Counted from the first letter of the stretch, positions 9,934 to 20,096 are shown. The stretch is DNA of 64,000 bases from an uncultured bacterium (GCA_963766885.1 CAVYBO010000002.1:86097-150096), one strand, 5' to 3'. The notes: a model not told the origin generated them from the sequence alone. A program made the numbers and translations.

Positions 9934-12843
9934 TCAGTTTTTAACCACAAAATTGACTATTTTGTTCTTCACTACTATCGTCTTTATCACATTTTTTCCA
10001 TCAATTTTTGTGGCAATTTGTGGCAGTTTTTTTATTTTTTCCAAGACAATATTTTCTTCAGCATCTTTTTTCACCTCTATTGTTCCTCTTGTCTTGCCGT
10101 TGATCTGAATTGCTATTGTTACTTGCTCATTTTCAACTATTTTTGAATCAAAATTTGGCCATTTTGAGGCAAAAATAGAATTCTTGTTACCAATCTCCTT
10201 CCATAATTCTTCACAGGTGTGTGGAGCAAATGGAGAAAGGATTATTAATAATTTTTCAAAAGATTTTTTAGTAATTGATTTGTGCTCATAGATACTATTT
10301 GTACAGATCATAAGTGCAGAAATTGCTGTGTTGAATGCCGTGCTTTCAATATCCTCGCCGACTTTTTTGATTACTTTATTGATTGCGATTGTTACTTCTT
10401 TGGGTTCGCTTTTTGTAATCAATTCTTTTATTCCAAAAACTCTTTCAATAAATCTTCTCGCACCGATGATGCCTTTGTCATTCCATGCAATCTGAGCTTC
10501 GTGCGGGCCGAGGAAGGCCATATAAACTCGCATGGTGTCTGCTCCGTAAAGTTTGACGATATCATCCGGATTGACCACGTTTCCCCTGCTCTTGCTCATT
10601 TTTTCGCCATCTGGACCAAGGATTATTCCGTGAGGAATTCTTTTGGTAAAAGGTTCTTTGGCCGTGACAAGTTTTTGGTCATACAAAAATTGATTCCAAA
10701 ATCTTGAATACAAAAGATGTAGAGTGGTGTGTTCCATTCCACCCAAATAAATATCCACAGGGGTCCAATATTTTTGTTTTTTAATGTCAGCAAATTCCTT
10801 TGTATTTTTTGGATCAGTGTATCGAAGCCAATACCAAGAACTTCCCGCCCACTGCGGCATTGTGTTTGTTTCGCGCTTTGCGTTGCCTTTGCATATTGGA
10901 CATTTCGTATTTACCCATTTATCAATTTTAGCCAGCGGCGATTCGCCTGTGCCTGTTGGTTCGTAGTTTTTTACCTTTGGTAAGATCACAGGCAAATCTT
11001 TGTCAGGTACGGGCACAGCGCCGTGCTTGTCGCAATGAATTACAGGAATCGGCTCGCCCCAATATCTCTGGCGGGAAAACACCCAGTCGCGAAGTTTATA
11101 TTTTGTAACAATTTTTCCTCCTACAAATTCTATAATTCTTTTAATCGCTTCACCGCTTGAAAGTTCCGAAAAATTTCCAGAATTTATAACTTTACCTTTG
11201 CCTGTGAATATATGATCTTCTTTTGAGTTAAGCGCTCGCCAGATGGCCGATATTTCTCCTACAGGATTAAATGATTTTGGTATTGATTCATATGGAACCC
11301 AAGAAATACTGTGCTTGGATTTTTCTTCATCATTTATTTCGTCATGAAGATCATCTGCTAAAACTAATTCAAAAACATGCATATGCGCGTACCGATTCTC
11401 ATCTTTGTGCTCGGCATACCATTCAGAACGCATTTCATGTCCAATGCGTCTAATTGATGAAAAGTTTTTATAACCAGTTTCTTCATAAACTTCACGTTTT
11501 ACTGCATCTTCAAGATTTTCATTATTTTCGGCACCACCAATTACAAAAGTTTTCCATGGAAACTTTTTCCAAACAATCTGGAGGACAGCATTATTTTTTA
11601 AATTTCTTACAATCCCCTGCACAACTATTCTCGGAGCATTTTGTTTGTCTTTTCTTGGAGGATTTTTCTCATCAATAAAATGTTCAGCGACAACTTGTCT
11701 TATTGGCAAGTTAAATTTCTTTGCGAATTCAAAATCTCGTGTATCGTGCGCTGGCACAGCCATAATCGCTCCAGTTCCGTAACCACCAAGCACGTAATCA
11801 GCAACAAAAATTGGAATTTCTTTTTGGCTTGCTGGGTTTATTGCCTTTACTCCTTTGAGTTCCACTCCAGTTTTTTCTTTTCCTTCAGAGGTGCGCTCTA
11901 TTTCAGATTTATTTTTTACTTGCCTAATATATTTTTTGACCTCTTCTTTATTTTCAAGGACGTTATGTTCGTTGTCTGTTGCAAGTGTGACCCACAAATG
12001 TTCTGGTGCAAGCACTAAATACGTTGCTCCAAAAATGGTGTCGGGACGAGTGGTAAAAATTTTTAGATGGGCTTTCTCTCCGTTTGGTCCTCGTCTTTTA
12101 TTGTCGTCAGGATTTTTTTTGAAATCCAAGTAAAAATCAATTTCTGCCCCTTCTGATTTACCAATCCAATTCTCTTGCTGGATTTTTACAGCTTCCGGCC
12201 ATTCTGGAAGATGTTTTAATCCTTCCAAAAGCTTTTCTGCATAGTCAGTGATTTTCAGATACCACTGACGAAGTTCTTTTTTCTCAACGGGTGTTCCGCA
12301 GCGTTCGCATTTACCGTCAATTACTTCTTCATTTGCAAGCCCTGTTTTATCTTTTGGACACCAATTGATCAAGCCTGTGGCTTCATACGCCAAACCCTTG
12401 CTCAAAAGTTCCAAAAATATTTTCTGCGTCCACTTATAATATTTTGGATCGCTCGTATTTATTTCTCTTGACCAATCAAACCCTGTGCCCCAACTCATGA
12501 GCTGCTTTTTGGCATTTGCAATATTTTTTTTAGTAGAAACTTCTGGATGGACTTTGTTTTTGATCGCATAGTTTTCGGCGGGTAATCCAAAAGCATCCCA
12601 ACCAATTGGATAAACAGTATTTAATTCTTTCAGTTTGTAATATTTTGACATTGCGTCTCCTGCAAGATATGGCCGAAGGTGTCCCATATGAAGTCCTGCT
12701 CCAGAAGGGTATGGGAATTCAATCAAAACATATTTTTTCTTACCTTTGTTTTCTTTACTATTTTCTTTTGCCTCAAAAACTTTTTTGGATTTCCAAAAGT
12801 TCTGCCATTTCTTTTCAATTTTCTTCGGATCGTATTTATTCAT
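9934..12843 (-). CDS. leuS: Leucine--tRNA ligase with internal Nudix domain
   Basis: HMGH (HIGH) and KMSKS motifs, CP1 TTRPDT and GTGAIMAVPAHD; Nudix box GGAENNENLEDAVKREVYEETG. Confidence 0.97.
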   Translation of the reverse strand: MNKYDPKKIEKKWQNFWKSKKVFEAKENSKENKGKKKYVLIEFPYPSGAGLHMGHLRPYLAGDAMSKYYKLKELNTVYPIGWDAFGLPAENYAIKNKVHPEVSTKKNIANAKKQLMSWGTGFDWSREINTSDPKYYKWTQKIFLELLSKGLAYEATGLINWCPKDKTGLANEEVIDGKCERCGTPVEKKELRQWYLKITDYAEKLLEGLKHLPEWPEAVKIQQENWIGKSEGAEIDFYLDFKKNPDDNKRRGPNGEKAHLKIFTTRPDTIFGATYLVLAPEHLWVTLATDNEHNVLENKEEVKKYIRQVKNKSEIERTSEGKEKTGVELKGVKAINPASQKEIPIFVADYVLGGYGTGAIMAVPAHDTRDFEFAKKFNLPIRQVVAEHFIDEKNPPRKDKQNAPRIVVQGIVRNLKNNAVLQIVWKKFPWKTFVIGGAENNENLEDAVKREVYEETGYKNFSSIRRIGHEMRSEWYAEHKDENRYAHMHVFELVLADDLHDEINDEEKSKHSISWVPYESIPKSFNPVGEISAIWRALNSKEDHIFTGKGKVINSGNFSELSSGEAIKRIIEFVGGKIVTKYKLRDWVFSRQRYWGEPIPVIHCDKHGAVPVPDKDLPVILPKVKNYEPTGTGESPLAKIDKWVNTKCPICKGNAKRETNTMPQWAGSSWYWLRYTDPKNTKEFADIKKQKYWTPVDIYLGGMEHTTLHLLYSRFWNQFLYDQKLVTAKEPFTKRIPHGIILGPDGEKMSKSRGNVVNPDDIVKLYGADTMRVYMAFLGPHEAQIAWNDKGIIGARRFIERVFGIKELITKSEPKEVTIAINKVIKKVGEDIESTAFNTAISALMICTNSIYEHKSITKKSFEKLLIILSPFAPHTCEELWKEIGNKNSIFASKWPNFDSKIVENEQVTIAIQINGKTRGTIEVKKDAEENIVLEKIKKLPQIATKIDGKNVIKTIVVKNKIVNFVVKN

Positions 12844-13431
12844 TTATCCTTGAATTTTGTTTCCAAACTTTTTTATTGAGAACCAAATTAATGCTCCAAG
12901 CGCAACCGCCAAGACAAAAACTTTTACCAAGCTGTTTGCATAACCCCAATATCTAATTGAAGCGATTAGAAAATCTAAAACGGCGCCGAGCGATAGTGCA
13001 ATAGACAAAACTTCTGAACCGTGGAAAAACAATGCTGCTGCAAATGTGATTACGCCCAAAGTAACAAGAGAAATAAAAATATCTCTGTCGTATGAATTCT
13101 GCGCATTTTCATATTTTTTCTCACAAGTATATGTTGGATTGCAAGAGCCAGTTGGTGCCACGTTAATCTGTTTTAACCCCAAAGCAGTTGGATTAAAAGA
13201 TGGGCCAGCAGGGCTGGGTGTTGGATACTGTGTCCAAGATCCTCCTACTGCGATACAAGTTTGTTGTGTTGTTGGTGTGGTGTTGACCTGTTCTGTCGGG
13301 CAAAAATCATTATATTGCGGAGTTGAAAAAACCAATGAGAGAGCGTAATTATAAAAAAGATTAAGGACAATAACTATTGCAATAACTAGCGACCATTTAA
13401 GAACCTTTGAATTGTTTTTGGTTTGATCCAT
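12844..13431 (-). CDS. Hypothetical membrane protein with Cys-containing extracellular loop
   Basis: About 4 hydrophobic segments; abuts the leuS start. Confidence 0.75.
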   Translation of the reverse strand: MDQTKNNSKVLKWSLVIAIVIVLNLFYNYALSLVFSTPQYNDFCPTEQVNTTPTTQQTCIAVGGSWTQYPTPSPAGPSFNPTALGLKQINVAPTGSCNPTYTCEKKYENAQNSYDRDIFISLVTLGVITFAAALFFHGSEVLSIALSLGAVLDFLIASIRYWGYANSLVKVFVLAVALGALIWFSIKKFGNKIQG

Positions 13432-13555
13432 ATTTTGCTGTTTCTTTATTGGTTTTTTATTGCATGATTTTACAATAGAAACTCTACTTTATCCACTTTT
13501 CTTATAATTGATTTTTAAATTATAAGTTCTAGAATTGTGCTGAACCTTGTTTTTT

Positions 13556-13744
13556 ATGCCAAACCAAGTCCAGTCTTCCCAAAATGATTCTATCAGAACA
13601 CATTCTCAACCAGAATCGGACACAGGTTCTCTGCATCCAGAAGACCTCTATCAAAACTACTACTTTTTGAAGATGGTTGCAGAATACCACGGCGCGGAAT
13701 TGCGCAAATCGCCCGATTTCACAATCAAAAGCCAAGTGCGTTAG
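13556..13744 (+). CDS. Small orphan hypothetical protein
   Basis: ATG at 13556; fills the intergenic gap; hairpin overlapping the stop. Confidence 0.45.
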   Translation: MPNQVQSSQNDSIRTHSQPESDTGSLHPEDLYQNYYFLKMVAEYHGAELRKSPDFTIKSQVR

Positions 13745-13775
13745 TCTCAGAGCGCGCTATTTTATTATAAAAATT

Positions 13776-13796
13776 GCTTCCGTTTTAATCGGAAGC
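13776..13796 (-). terminator. Intrinsic terminator after the chorismate mutase-like gene
   Basis: GCTTCCG-N7-CGGAAGC followed by AATTTTT on the minus strand. Confidence 0.6.
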
Positions 13797-14206
13797 TAAG
13801 CCAAAAGGGGTTCGTGGCAGCGAGGACAAACCCGTCCGGCGGGATGTCTTTCGTCCCGCACACCGGAAGTTCGCCATTTGCATCCATCGCTATTGCAAAA
13901 GCGCGGCTCAAACGGCGAAAAATCTCCACCACCATTTCTTTGTCTAACCTGACTTCCTGTGTAAATGTCCATCATGAATGCAAACAGTGAATCTGCCATC
14001 TCTTCTGGAAATCCGATTTCCTTTGACCACAGCCTTATTTCGACTAGATGTGCCGCTTCTCGTTTCTCATCCCTGATTGCGAGATTGTTTTTCCGTTTGA
14101 ATTCCAAAACTTTTTGAACGATTGCAAGCCGCTTGGTAAATGCTGGCAAGAGTTCGTCTCTGTCAATCCTGTTAATTTCCTCACGAAAAATTTGAAGATT
14201 ACTCAT
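13796..14206 (-). CDS. AroQ-type chorismate mutase-like protein with C-terminal Cys4 ribbon
   Basis: REEINRID..KR..K....IRDEKRE pattern; C-terminal CxxxxC...CPRC. Confidence 0.75.
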   Translation of the reverse strand: MSNLQIFREEINRIDRDELLPAFTKRLAIVQKVLEFKRKNNLAIRDEKREAAHLVEIRLWSKEIGFPEEMADSLFAFMMDIYTGSQVRQRNGGGDFSPFEPRFCNSDGCKWRTSGVRDERHPAGRVCPRCHEPLLA

Positions 14207-14244
14207 AACTAAAAAAACACTAACACCTAAAAGTCAAAAGTCAA

Positions 14245-15246
14245 TTAGATTCTGAATTCAATCACGTCGCCATCCTGGACAATATATTCTTTGCCTTCCG
14301 TGCTAACAGCGCCTTTTGTTCGGGCTGCTGCGTAAGATCCTGCTTCCAAAAGCGCGTCTGAAGCCACAACTTCTGCGCGAATGAATTTATCTTTAAAGTC
14401 TGTGTGGATTGCCATTCCTGCTTCTGGGGCAGTAGAATTTTTCTTGATCGTCCACGCGCGAGATTCATCTTCTCCTGTTGTAAAATAAGTTTCCAAATCC
14501 AAAAGTTTATAGCTTTCTTTGATAAGAGTATCGAGCCCTGTGCCGAATATCGGATCAATTTTGACATAGGCCCCTGGAATTTTAGCTGCGACTTCATCAG
14601 CCAGGTTTTCACTTGCCTCGGAAATATTTAGAACATACAAAATTGGTTTAAGTGTAAGTAGATTTAAGCTTTTGATAATTTTCTTTTCGTCTTCAGAAAG
14701 CGTTATGGTGTTTGCCAGTTTGTTTTGTTTTAATACTTCTTCAACTTTTTTGAGCACAGCTTCTTCTATTGCTGCAGATTTTTCTCCTTTTTTGAGATCT
14801 TTTGAAAGATTTGCTAAACGTTTTGAGACAGTTTCCAAATCTGCAAGCACAAGTTCCAAATTAATCACTTCGATATCAAATAAAGGATCTACTTTGCCTG
14901 CAACGTGAATGACGTCATCATCTTTGAATGTGCGAACCATTTCAATAATTGCATCCACTTCCTTAATGTTTGATAGAAATTTATTTCCGAGTCCCTCACC
15001 TTGGCTTGCTCCTTTGACTAATCCTGCAATATCAACAAATTCTACGATTGCTGGAATTGTTTTTTTGGACTTGCTCATAGCAGAAAGTTTTTGAAGTCTA
15101 TCATCTGGCACAGGTACGATTCCAACCGAAGGATCAATTGTACAAAAAGGATAATTTTCTGCGGGCACAGATTTATTTGTAAGCGTATTAAACAGGGTTG
15201 ATTTACCCACGTTTGGCAGGCCGACGATTCCAATTTTTATTTCCAT
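14245..15246 (-). CDS. ychF: Redox-regulated ATPase YchF
   Basis: GIVGLPNVGKST, NYPFCTIDP, DIAGLVKGAS.GEGLGN. Confidence 0.97.
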   Translation of the reverse strand: MEIKIGIVGLPNVGKSTLFNTLTNKSVPAENYPFCTIDPSVGIVPVPDDRLQKLSAMSKSKKTIPAIVEFVDIAGLVKGASQGEGLGNKFLSNIKEVDAIIEMVRTFKDDDVIHVAGKVDPLFDIEVINLELVLADLETVSKRLANLSKDLKKGEKSAAIEEAVLKKVEEVLKQNKLANTITLSEDEKKIIKSLNLLTLKPILYVLNISEASENLADEVAAKIPGAYVKIDPIFGTGLDTLIKESYKLLDLETYFTTGEDESRAWTIKKNSTAPEAGMAIHTDFKDKFIRAEVVASDALLEAGSYAAARTKGAVSTEGKEYIVQDGDVIEFRI

Positions 15247-15313
15247 CTTTGAAATATACCAAAATTATGTTTAAATTTCATCATATTTATAATTTCCATT
15301 TATAATTGATAAC

Positions 15314-16576
15314 ATGATCAAACACGACATAAAAAATATTTCACTCGCAGCAGTTGGCAAAAAAAGAATCCAGTGGGCGGCCAAAGATATGCCGGTTCTA
15401 GAAACGATTGCCAAAAGTTTCCAAAAGTCTAAGCCTTTGAAAGGGGTAAAAATTGCTGCGTGTTTGCATGTGACTACTGAAACTGCGAACTTGATGATAA
15501 CTCTCAAAAAAGCCGGTGCAGAAACAATGCTCTGTGCCTCAAATCCCCTTTCAACTCAAGATGATGTTGCCGCTTCGCTTGTAAAAGATTTTGAAATTCC
15601 TGTTTTTGCAATCAAAGGAGAAGACAATAAAACTTATTTTAAACACGTGAATATTGTTTTGGACAATCATCCGCAAATTGTGATGGACGACGGGGCGGAT
15701 CTGGTTTCTGAACTTCACAAAAATCGCAAAGACCAGACAAAAGAAATTTTTGGAAGCACAGAAGAAACTACAACAGGTGTAATTCGCCTTAAAGCTTTGG
15801 CAAAAGAAGGCAGATTGCAATTCCCCGTTGTCGGCGTGAATGAATCAAAAACAAAGCATATGTTTGATAATCGCTATGGGACAGGCCAATCAACAATGGA
15901 TGGAATCATCCGCGCCACAAATCGTTTGATTGCGGGTTCTGTGTTTGTGGTTGCAGGATACGGCTGGTGTGGTCGCGGACTGGCTATGCGCGCCAGAGGT
16001 TTGGGCGCCAGAGTAATTGTTACAGAAATCGATCCGATTAAAGCCCTTGAAGCAAACGCAGACGGTTTTGAAGTTGGCGCGATGAAAGACGCTGTTAAAA
16101 TTGCAGACTTTATTTGCACACTAACTGGAAATAAAAATGTGGTTGATGTGTTGCATTTTAAAAATATGAAAGACGGCTGCATTATTTCAAACTCCGGACA
16201 TTTCGATGCAGAAATAAACATTGCAGAACTCAAAAAACTTGCCAAATCAAAAGCAAAAATCAGAGAATCTCTTGAAGAATATTGTTTGTCATCAGGAAAA
16301 AAGATTTACGTGATTGCAGAAGGCAGGCTTGTAAACTTGGGCGCTGCAGAAGGCCATCCTTCTAGTGTTATGGATATGAGTTTTGCAAACCAGGCTTTTG
16401 CCGCTGAGTTTATTCTCAAATATCACAAAAATCTTTCCAAAGAAGTTCATACTCTGCCAAAAGAAATTGATGAAAAAATTGCAGAACTGAAATTGAAATC
16501 TCTCGGGATCACAATTGATAAATTAACAACAGAGCAAGAAAAGTATTTATCTTCATGGCAAGAAGGAACAGCTTAA
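15314..16576 (+). CDS. ahcY: Adenosylhomocysteinase
   Basis: SNPLSTQD, EETTTG, FDNRYGTGQS, GYGWCGRG, GHPSSVMDMSF. Confidence 0.97.
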   Translation: MIKHDIKNISLAAVGKKRIQWAAKDMPVLETIAKSFQKSKPLKGVKIAACLHVTTETANLMITLKKAGAETMLCASNPLSTQDDVAASLVKDFEIPVFAIKGEDNKTYFKHVNIVLDNHPQIVMDDGADLVSELHKNRKDQTKEIFGSTEETTTGVIRLKALAKEGRLQFPVVGVNESKTKHMFDNRYGTGQSTMDGIIRATNRLIAGSVFVVAGYGWCGRGLAMRARGLGARVIVTEIDPIKALEANADGFEVGAMKDAVKIADFICTLTGNKNVVDVLHFKNMKDGCIISNSGHFDAEINIAELKKLAKSKAKIRESLEEYCLSSGKKIYVIAEGRLVNLGAAEGHPSSVMDMSFANQAFAAEFILKYHKNLSKEVHTLPKEIDEKIAELKLKSLGITIDKLTTEQEKYLSSWQEGTA

Positions 16577-17499
16577 ACAAAGTTTTAGTTGTCGGCTCCC
16601 TTAGTATCGATAGGATTTTTGACCTGTCTTCAAATATTACAGATCAGATAAATATTAAATCAGGGAAACTCGGGACACAAAATTTGATGTTTACTGCATT
16701 AGCGAAACAGGAATATTTTGGCGGTACTGGAGGAAACATTGCTTACGGATTAAGTCTGCTTGGAGAGAGGTCAATTCTTGCGTCAATTGCCGGAAAGGAA
16801 TTTTTAGATTACGAAACGCACTTAAAAAATAAAAAAATTGAACTCCGCATACATAAAGACAAAAAAATGTTGGGCGCAGGATTTCTTTCAATGTCGGATT
16901 CCAAAAAACAGCAAGTTGGAATTTGGTTGCCCAACGCTTATGGCAAACACGTTGAAAATATTTCTCTTTCAAAACTTTTGCGTCCAAGTGATTGGAAAGA
17001 CATATCAATTGCAATTTTTGCGCCAGGAACTGCTAAAAGCATAACAAATAATTTAAAGGAATTTAGAAATAAAGATCAAAAAAACACTTTTGTGATTCTT
17101 GATCCTGGACAAATCCTGCTTGCAACATTTACCAGGCAACTTTTGACTGAAGCTTTTAAAAAGTCAGACCTTTTAATATTGAATGAAGTTGAAGCAAAGC
17201 AAGTTCGAGATTATTTCAAATTTACGCACAAAGAAATTTTTGACTTGGGAATTTCTTATATTATTGAAACGCTCGGAGAAAAAGGAAGTATTCTGCATGA
17301 ATTAAATAGGAAAACTAAAATTTCTGCTGTGAAAGTCAAAAAAGTTATTGATGCCACTGGTGCTGGAGATGCGTATCGGGCAGGATTAATACACGGAATT
17401 TTAACTAGAAAAACTATTGAAGAATCTATGGGTGTTGGCTCCAAAATGGGGGCAATCTGTGTTGGATTTGCCGGGCCACAGACATACAAAATTATTTAA
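16555..17499 (+). CDS. PfkB-family kinase, probably adenosine kinase
   Basis: GGTGGNIAYGL; DATGAGDAYRAG; follows ahcY. Confidence 0.88.
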   Translation: MARRNSLNKVLVVGSLSIDRIFDLSSNITDQINIKSGKLGTQNLMFTALAKQEYFGGTGGNIAYGLSLLGERSILASIAGKEFLDYETHLKNKKIELRIHKDKKMLGAGFLSMSDSKKQQVGIWLPNAYGKHVENISLSKLLRPSDWKDISIAIFAPGTAKSITNNLKEFRNKDQKNTFVILDPGQILLATFTRQLLTEAFKKSDLLILNEVEAKQVRDYFKFTHKEIFDLGISYIIETLGEKGSILHELNRKTKISAVKVKKVIDATGAGDAYRAGLIHGILTRKTIEESMGVGSKMGAICVGFAGPQTYKII

Positions 17500-17716
17500 A
17501 AGCGTCTTTGATTTCCGATTCCCTGCCTTTTATCACTTCCATTATTGCATCCATCTGAGATTTGCCTTGTTTTGTTTTTTCCATTGCTTCCTTTGCAATT
17601 GTGCTCAAGAGTTCAGGATTCTTTTCAAAAATCTCCAAAATTTTCTCTTGCTGTTCTGGTGGAACATCTTTCATTTTGCTTTTAAGCATTTGTTTCATTA
17701 AAAAATTATTGAACAT
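17492..17716 (-). CDS. Small conserved hypothetical protein
   Basis: Helical 74-aa ORF downstream of ribH in the same direction. Confidence 0.7.
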   Translation of the reverse strand: MFNNFLMKQMLKSKMKDVPPEQQEKILEIFEKNPELLSTIAKEAMEKTKQGKSQMDAIMEVIKGRESEIKDAFK

Positions 17717-17727
17717 GCGGATTTTAT

Positions 17728-18195
17728 TTAAAATTCCATTGAAAGCATTTTTAATAATGCTGTGGCGGCTTCGACACCTTTGTTCGTTTCTCCATGGGAA
17801 CGGATTTTAGCTTGCTTGAGATTATTTACTGTCAGGATTGCATTTGATATTGAAATATTTTCAGAAAGCATCACTTCCATAACCCCGTGTGTTGATTCAG
17901 TCGCAATGTGTATGTAATGATCTGTATCACCGCGGATCACACACCCTATTGCGATTATTCCTGAATACTTTTTTGTCCTTGCAACTTTTTTACAAATCAA
18001 AGGTATTTCAAACCCTCCTGGTGCTTTAAATGTTTTGATATTTTTTTCCAAAACTCCCGCTTTGATCAAAGTTTTTTCGGCAGCAACAGCCATTTTGCCA
18101 GTGATATCAAAATTGAATTCAGAAACAACAATTGCAATTCTGGTGTTTTTTGAAGCAGTTAATTTTTCTTCTTTGCTATTTTCTTTTCTTTGCAT
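17728..18195 (-). CDS. ribH: 6,7-dimethyl-8-ribityllumazine synthase
   Basis: IVVSEFN, PGGFEIP, GCVIRGDTDH, NKGVEAA. Confidence 0.95.
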   Translation of the reverse strand: MQRKENSKEEKLTASKNTRIAIVVSEFNFDITGKMAVAAEKTLIKAGVLEKNIKTFKAPGGFEIPLICKKVARTKKYSGIIAIGCVIRGDTDHYIHIATESTHGVMEVMLSENISISNAILTVNNLKQAKIRSHGETNKGVEAATALLKMLSMEF

Positions 18196-18751
18196 GAGTT
18201 TTATATTTTGCTAGTAAGTCAGTTTCTATATTTACGCTGTCTCCAACTGAAAGTTTGTCTAAATTTGTGTGTTCTAGTGTATATGGTATCAAAGAAACTT
18301 CAAAATAGTTGGCTGCCTTTTTGGAAATAGTTAAAGAGACCCCATTTATTGCAATTGAACCTTTATAAACAGCAACCCCCAAAAATTTTTCGGAAATTTT
18401 TATCTTAAAGACATTATTTTTTATGCTTATTATTTTTCCCATGCAATCAATGTGCCCAGAAACAAAATGTCCAGAAATTTTTCCTTGCCACTTGAGGCTT
18501 TGCTCAAAATTAACTAAATTTCCAATTTCTATTTCTTTTACTGTGGTTTTGTCCAAAGTTTCTTTCATATATTGAATATCAAAAGAATTTTTTTCGATTT
18601 TTACAACAGTCGAGCAAATACCGTTTAAATTCACACTCTCCCCTTCTTCAAGTTTTACTTTCTTTGGAATTTCTAAAGAAATATTTATTGAGCTTTTTTT
18701 CTTCTCAATATTTTTAACTTTTATTTTGTGTGAGATTATTCCGCTAAACAT
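18176..18751 (-). CDS. ribE: Riboflavin synthase (alpha)
   Basis: MFSGII, GHFVSGHID, GSIAINGVSLT, VNIETD. Confidence 0.95.
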   Translation of the reverse strand: MFSGIISHKIKVKNIEKKKSSINISLEIPKKVKLEEGESVNLNGICSTVVKIEKNSFDIQYMKETLDKTTVKEIEIGNLVNFEQSLKWQGKISGHFVSGHIDCMGKIISIKNNVFKIKISEKFLGVAVYKGSIAINGVSLTISKKAANYFEVSLIPYTLEHTNLDKLSVGDSVNIETDLLAKYKTHAKKRK

Positions 18752-19076
18752 TTTTTATTTTTTGTATATCAGAGCTGATTAATTTTTTAAGTTCATCTAA
18801 ATCAGAAATATTTTGATCCCCTCTAATTTTTTCTAATACTTCCACTTCTATTTCTTTACCGTAAATATCTTCCGAAAAATCAATTATATGCGCTTCCAAG
18901 ATTTCCTCTGATTTTTCGCTTACATATAAAGCGGCAAGCATTTTTTTTTCACCAATTTTAACTTGGCCAGCATAAATTCCGGGTTTGATTTTTGAAATAT
19001 TTGCTATATTAGCTGTTGGAAATCCTAATTTTCTACCAATTTCCTTACCTTTTGTGACTTTACCTTTGATATTCAT
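18744..19076 (-). CDS. Stand-alone riboflavin kinase
   Basis: GRKLGFPTAN and EAHIIDF motifs; start set at the ATG at 19076. Confidence 0.88.
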   Translation of the reverse strand: MNIKGKVTKGKEIGRKLGFPTANIANISKIKPGIYAGQVKIGEKKMLAALYVSEKSEEILEAHIIDFSEDIYGKEIEVEVLEKIRGDQNISDLDELKKLISSDIQKIKNV

Positions 19077-19129
19077 TTTCTTTATTTTTGTTGCGAAATT
19101 TCGCTTTTTCAATATAATTATGGCGTCTA

Positions 19130-19357
19130 ATGGAAGAAAAGGAAAGCAAAAAAGAGTTGAAGACAAAGGGTGAGCTTATCGCCTTTGCTTATGATGTTGG
19201 TTTTGCGATTATCATGCCGTTGGTGATTTTTGTAATCATTGGCCACGTTTTGGATGACCAGTTCAACACCAAGCCGCTTTTTCTAATTTCCGGAATCTTG
19301 CTTTCACTGATTACCACAGCCATCGCAATTTACAAAAAAACCAAAAAATTCCTATAG
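19130..19357 (+). CDS. AtpZ/AtpI family membrane protein
   Basis: Two TMs, GHVLDDQFNTKP; first gene of the atp operon. Confidence 0.85.
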   Translation: MEEKESKKELKTKGELIAFAYDVGFAIIMPLVIFVIIGHVLDDQFNTKPLFLISGILLSLITTAIAIYKKTKKFL

Positions 19358-19358
19358 C

Positions 19359-20096
19359 ATGAAAATATCCATAACACCTCAAGAAATTGTAACCGTATTT
19401 GGATTTCCAATATCCAACGCTCTTATTGCGTCTTGGATTGCTGTTTTGATTTTGATTATTTTTTCTTTTGTAATTTCAAGAGCGATAAAGCAAAAAGGTA
19501 AATTGAATGCACTGCTCCACATTATCTTTGAGGGATTTATTAATTTTATGGAGCCTTTTGCCGGCAGTAAGCAAGTTGTAAAAAAATACCTGCCGTTTGT
19601 TGGAACGATATTTTTTTACATTTTAACTTGCAACTGGCTCGGCACGGTGCCTGGATTTGAAACAATTGGAGTCTACAAAAGCGGAGTTTTTGTGCCGCTT
19701 CTTAGAACCGCAAACTCTGACATAAATATGACCCTGGCTTTGGCTATTGTTTTGGTTGTTTCTACTCACATTGTTGGATTTACAAATCTAGGATTCAAAA
19801 ACCATATGGGAAAATTTATAAAAAATCCTTTTAAGAGTCCTATTGATTTTTTTGTTGGACTTCTTGAACTTCTTGGTGAAGTCTCTAGAGTTATTTCCCT
19901 GACTTTCCGATTGTTCGGAAATATTTTTGCTGGAAGCGTCTTGATGCTCATTATTTCTGAACTTGTTCCCTGGGTTGTGCCGGCGCCGTTTCTTGCTATG
20001 GAGCTTTTTGTTGGTCTTATCCAATCATTGATTTTTGCAACACTTGCGATGATGTTTCTTGCCAGCGCAGAAACTCTCCACGCCTCAGAGCATTAA
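19359..20096 (+). CDS. atpB: F0 ATP synthase subunit a
   Basis: SLTFRLFGNIFAG; ELFVGLIQSLIF. Confidence 0.96.
   Translation: MKISITPQEIVTVFGFPISNALIASWIAVLILIIFSFVISRAIKQKGKLNALLHIIFEGFINFMEPFAGSKQVVKKYLPFVGTIFFYILTCNWLGTVPGFETIGVYKSGVFVPLLRTANSDINMTLALAIVLVVSTHIVGFTNLGFKNHMGKFIKNPFKSPIDFFVGLLELLGEVSRVISLTFRLFGNIFAGSVLMLIISELVPWVVPAPFLAMELFVGLIQSLIFATLAMMFLASAETLHASEH

Noticed and set aside
15247-15313. SAH riboswitch upstream of ahcY
   Set aside because: The gap is only 67 AT-rich nt with TATAAT 7 nt before the ATG, leaving no room for a structured leader.
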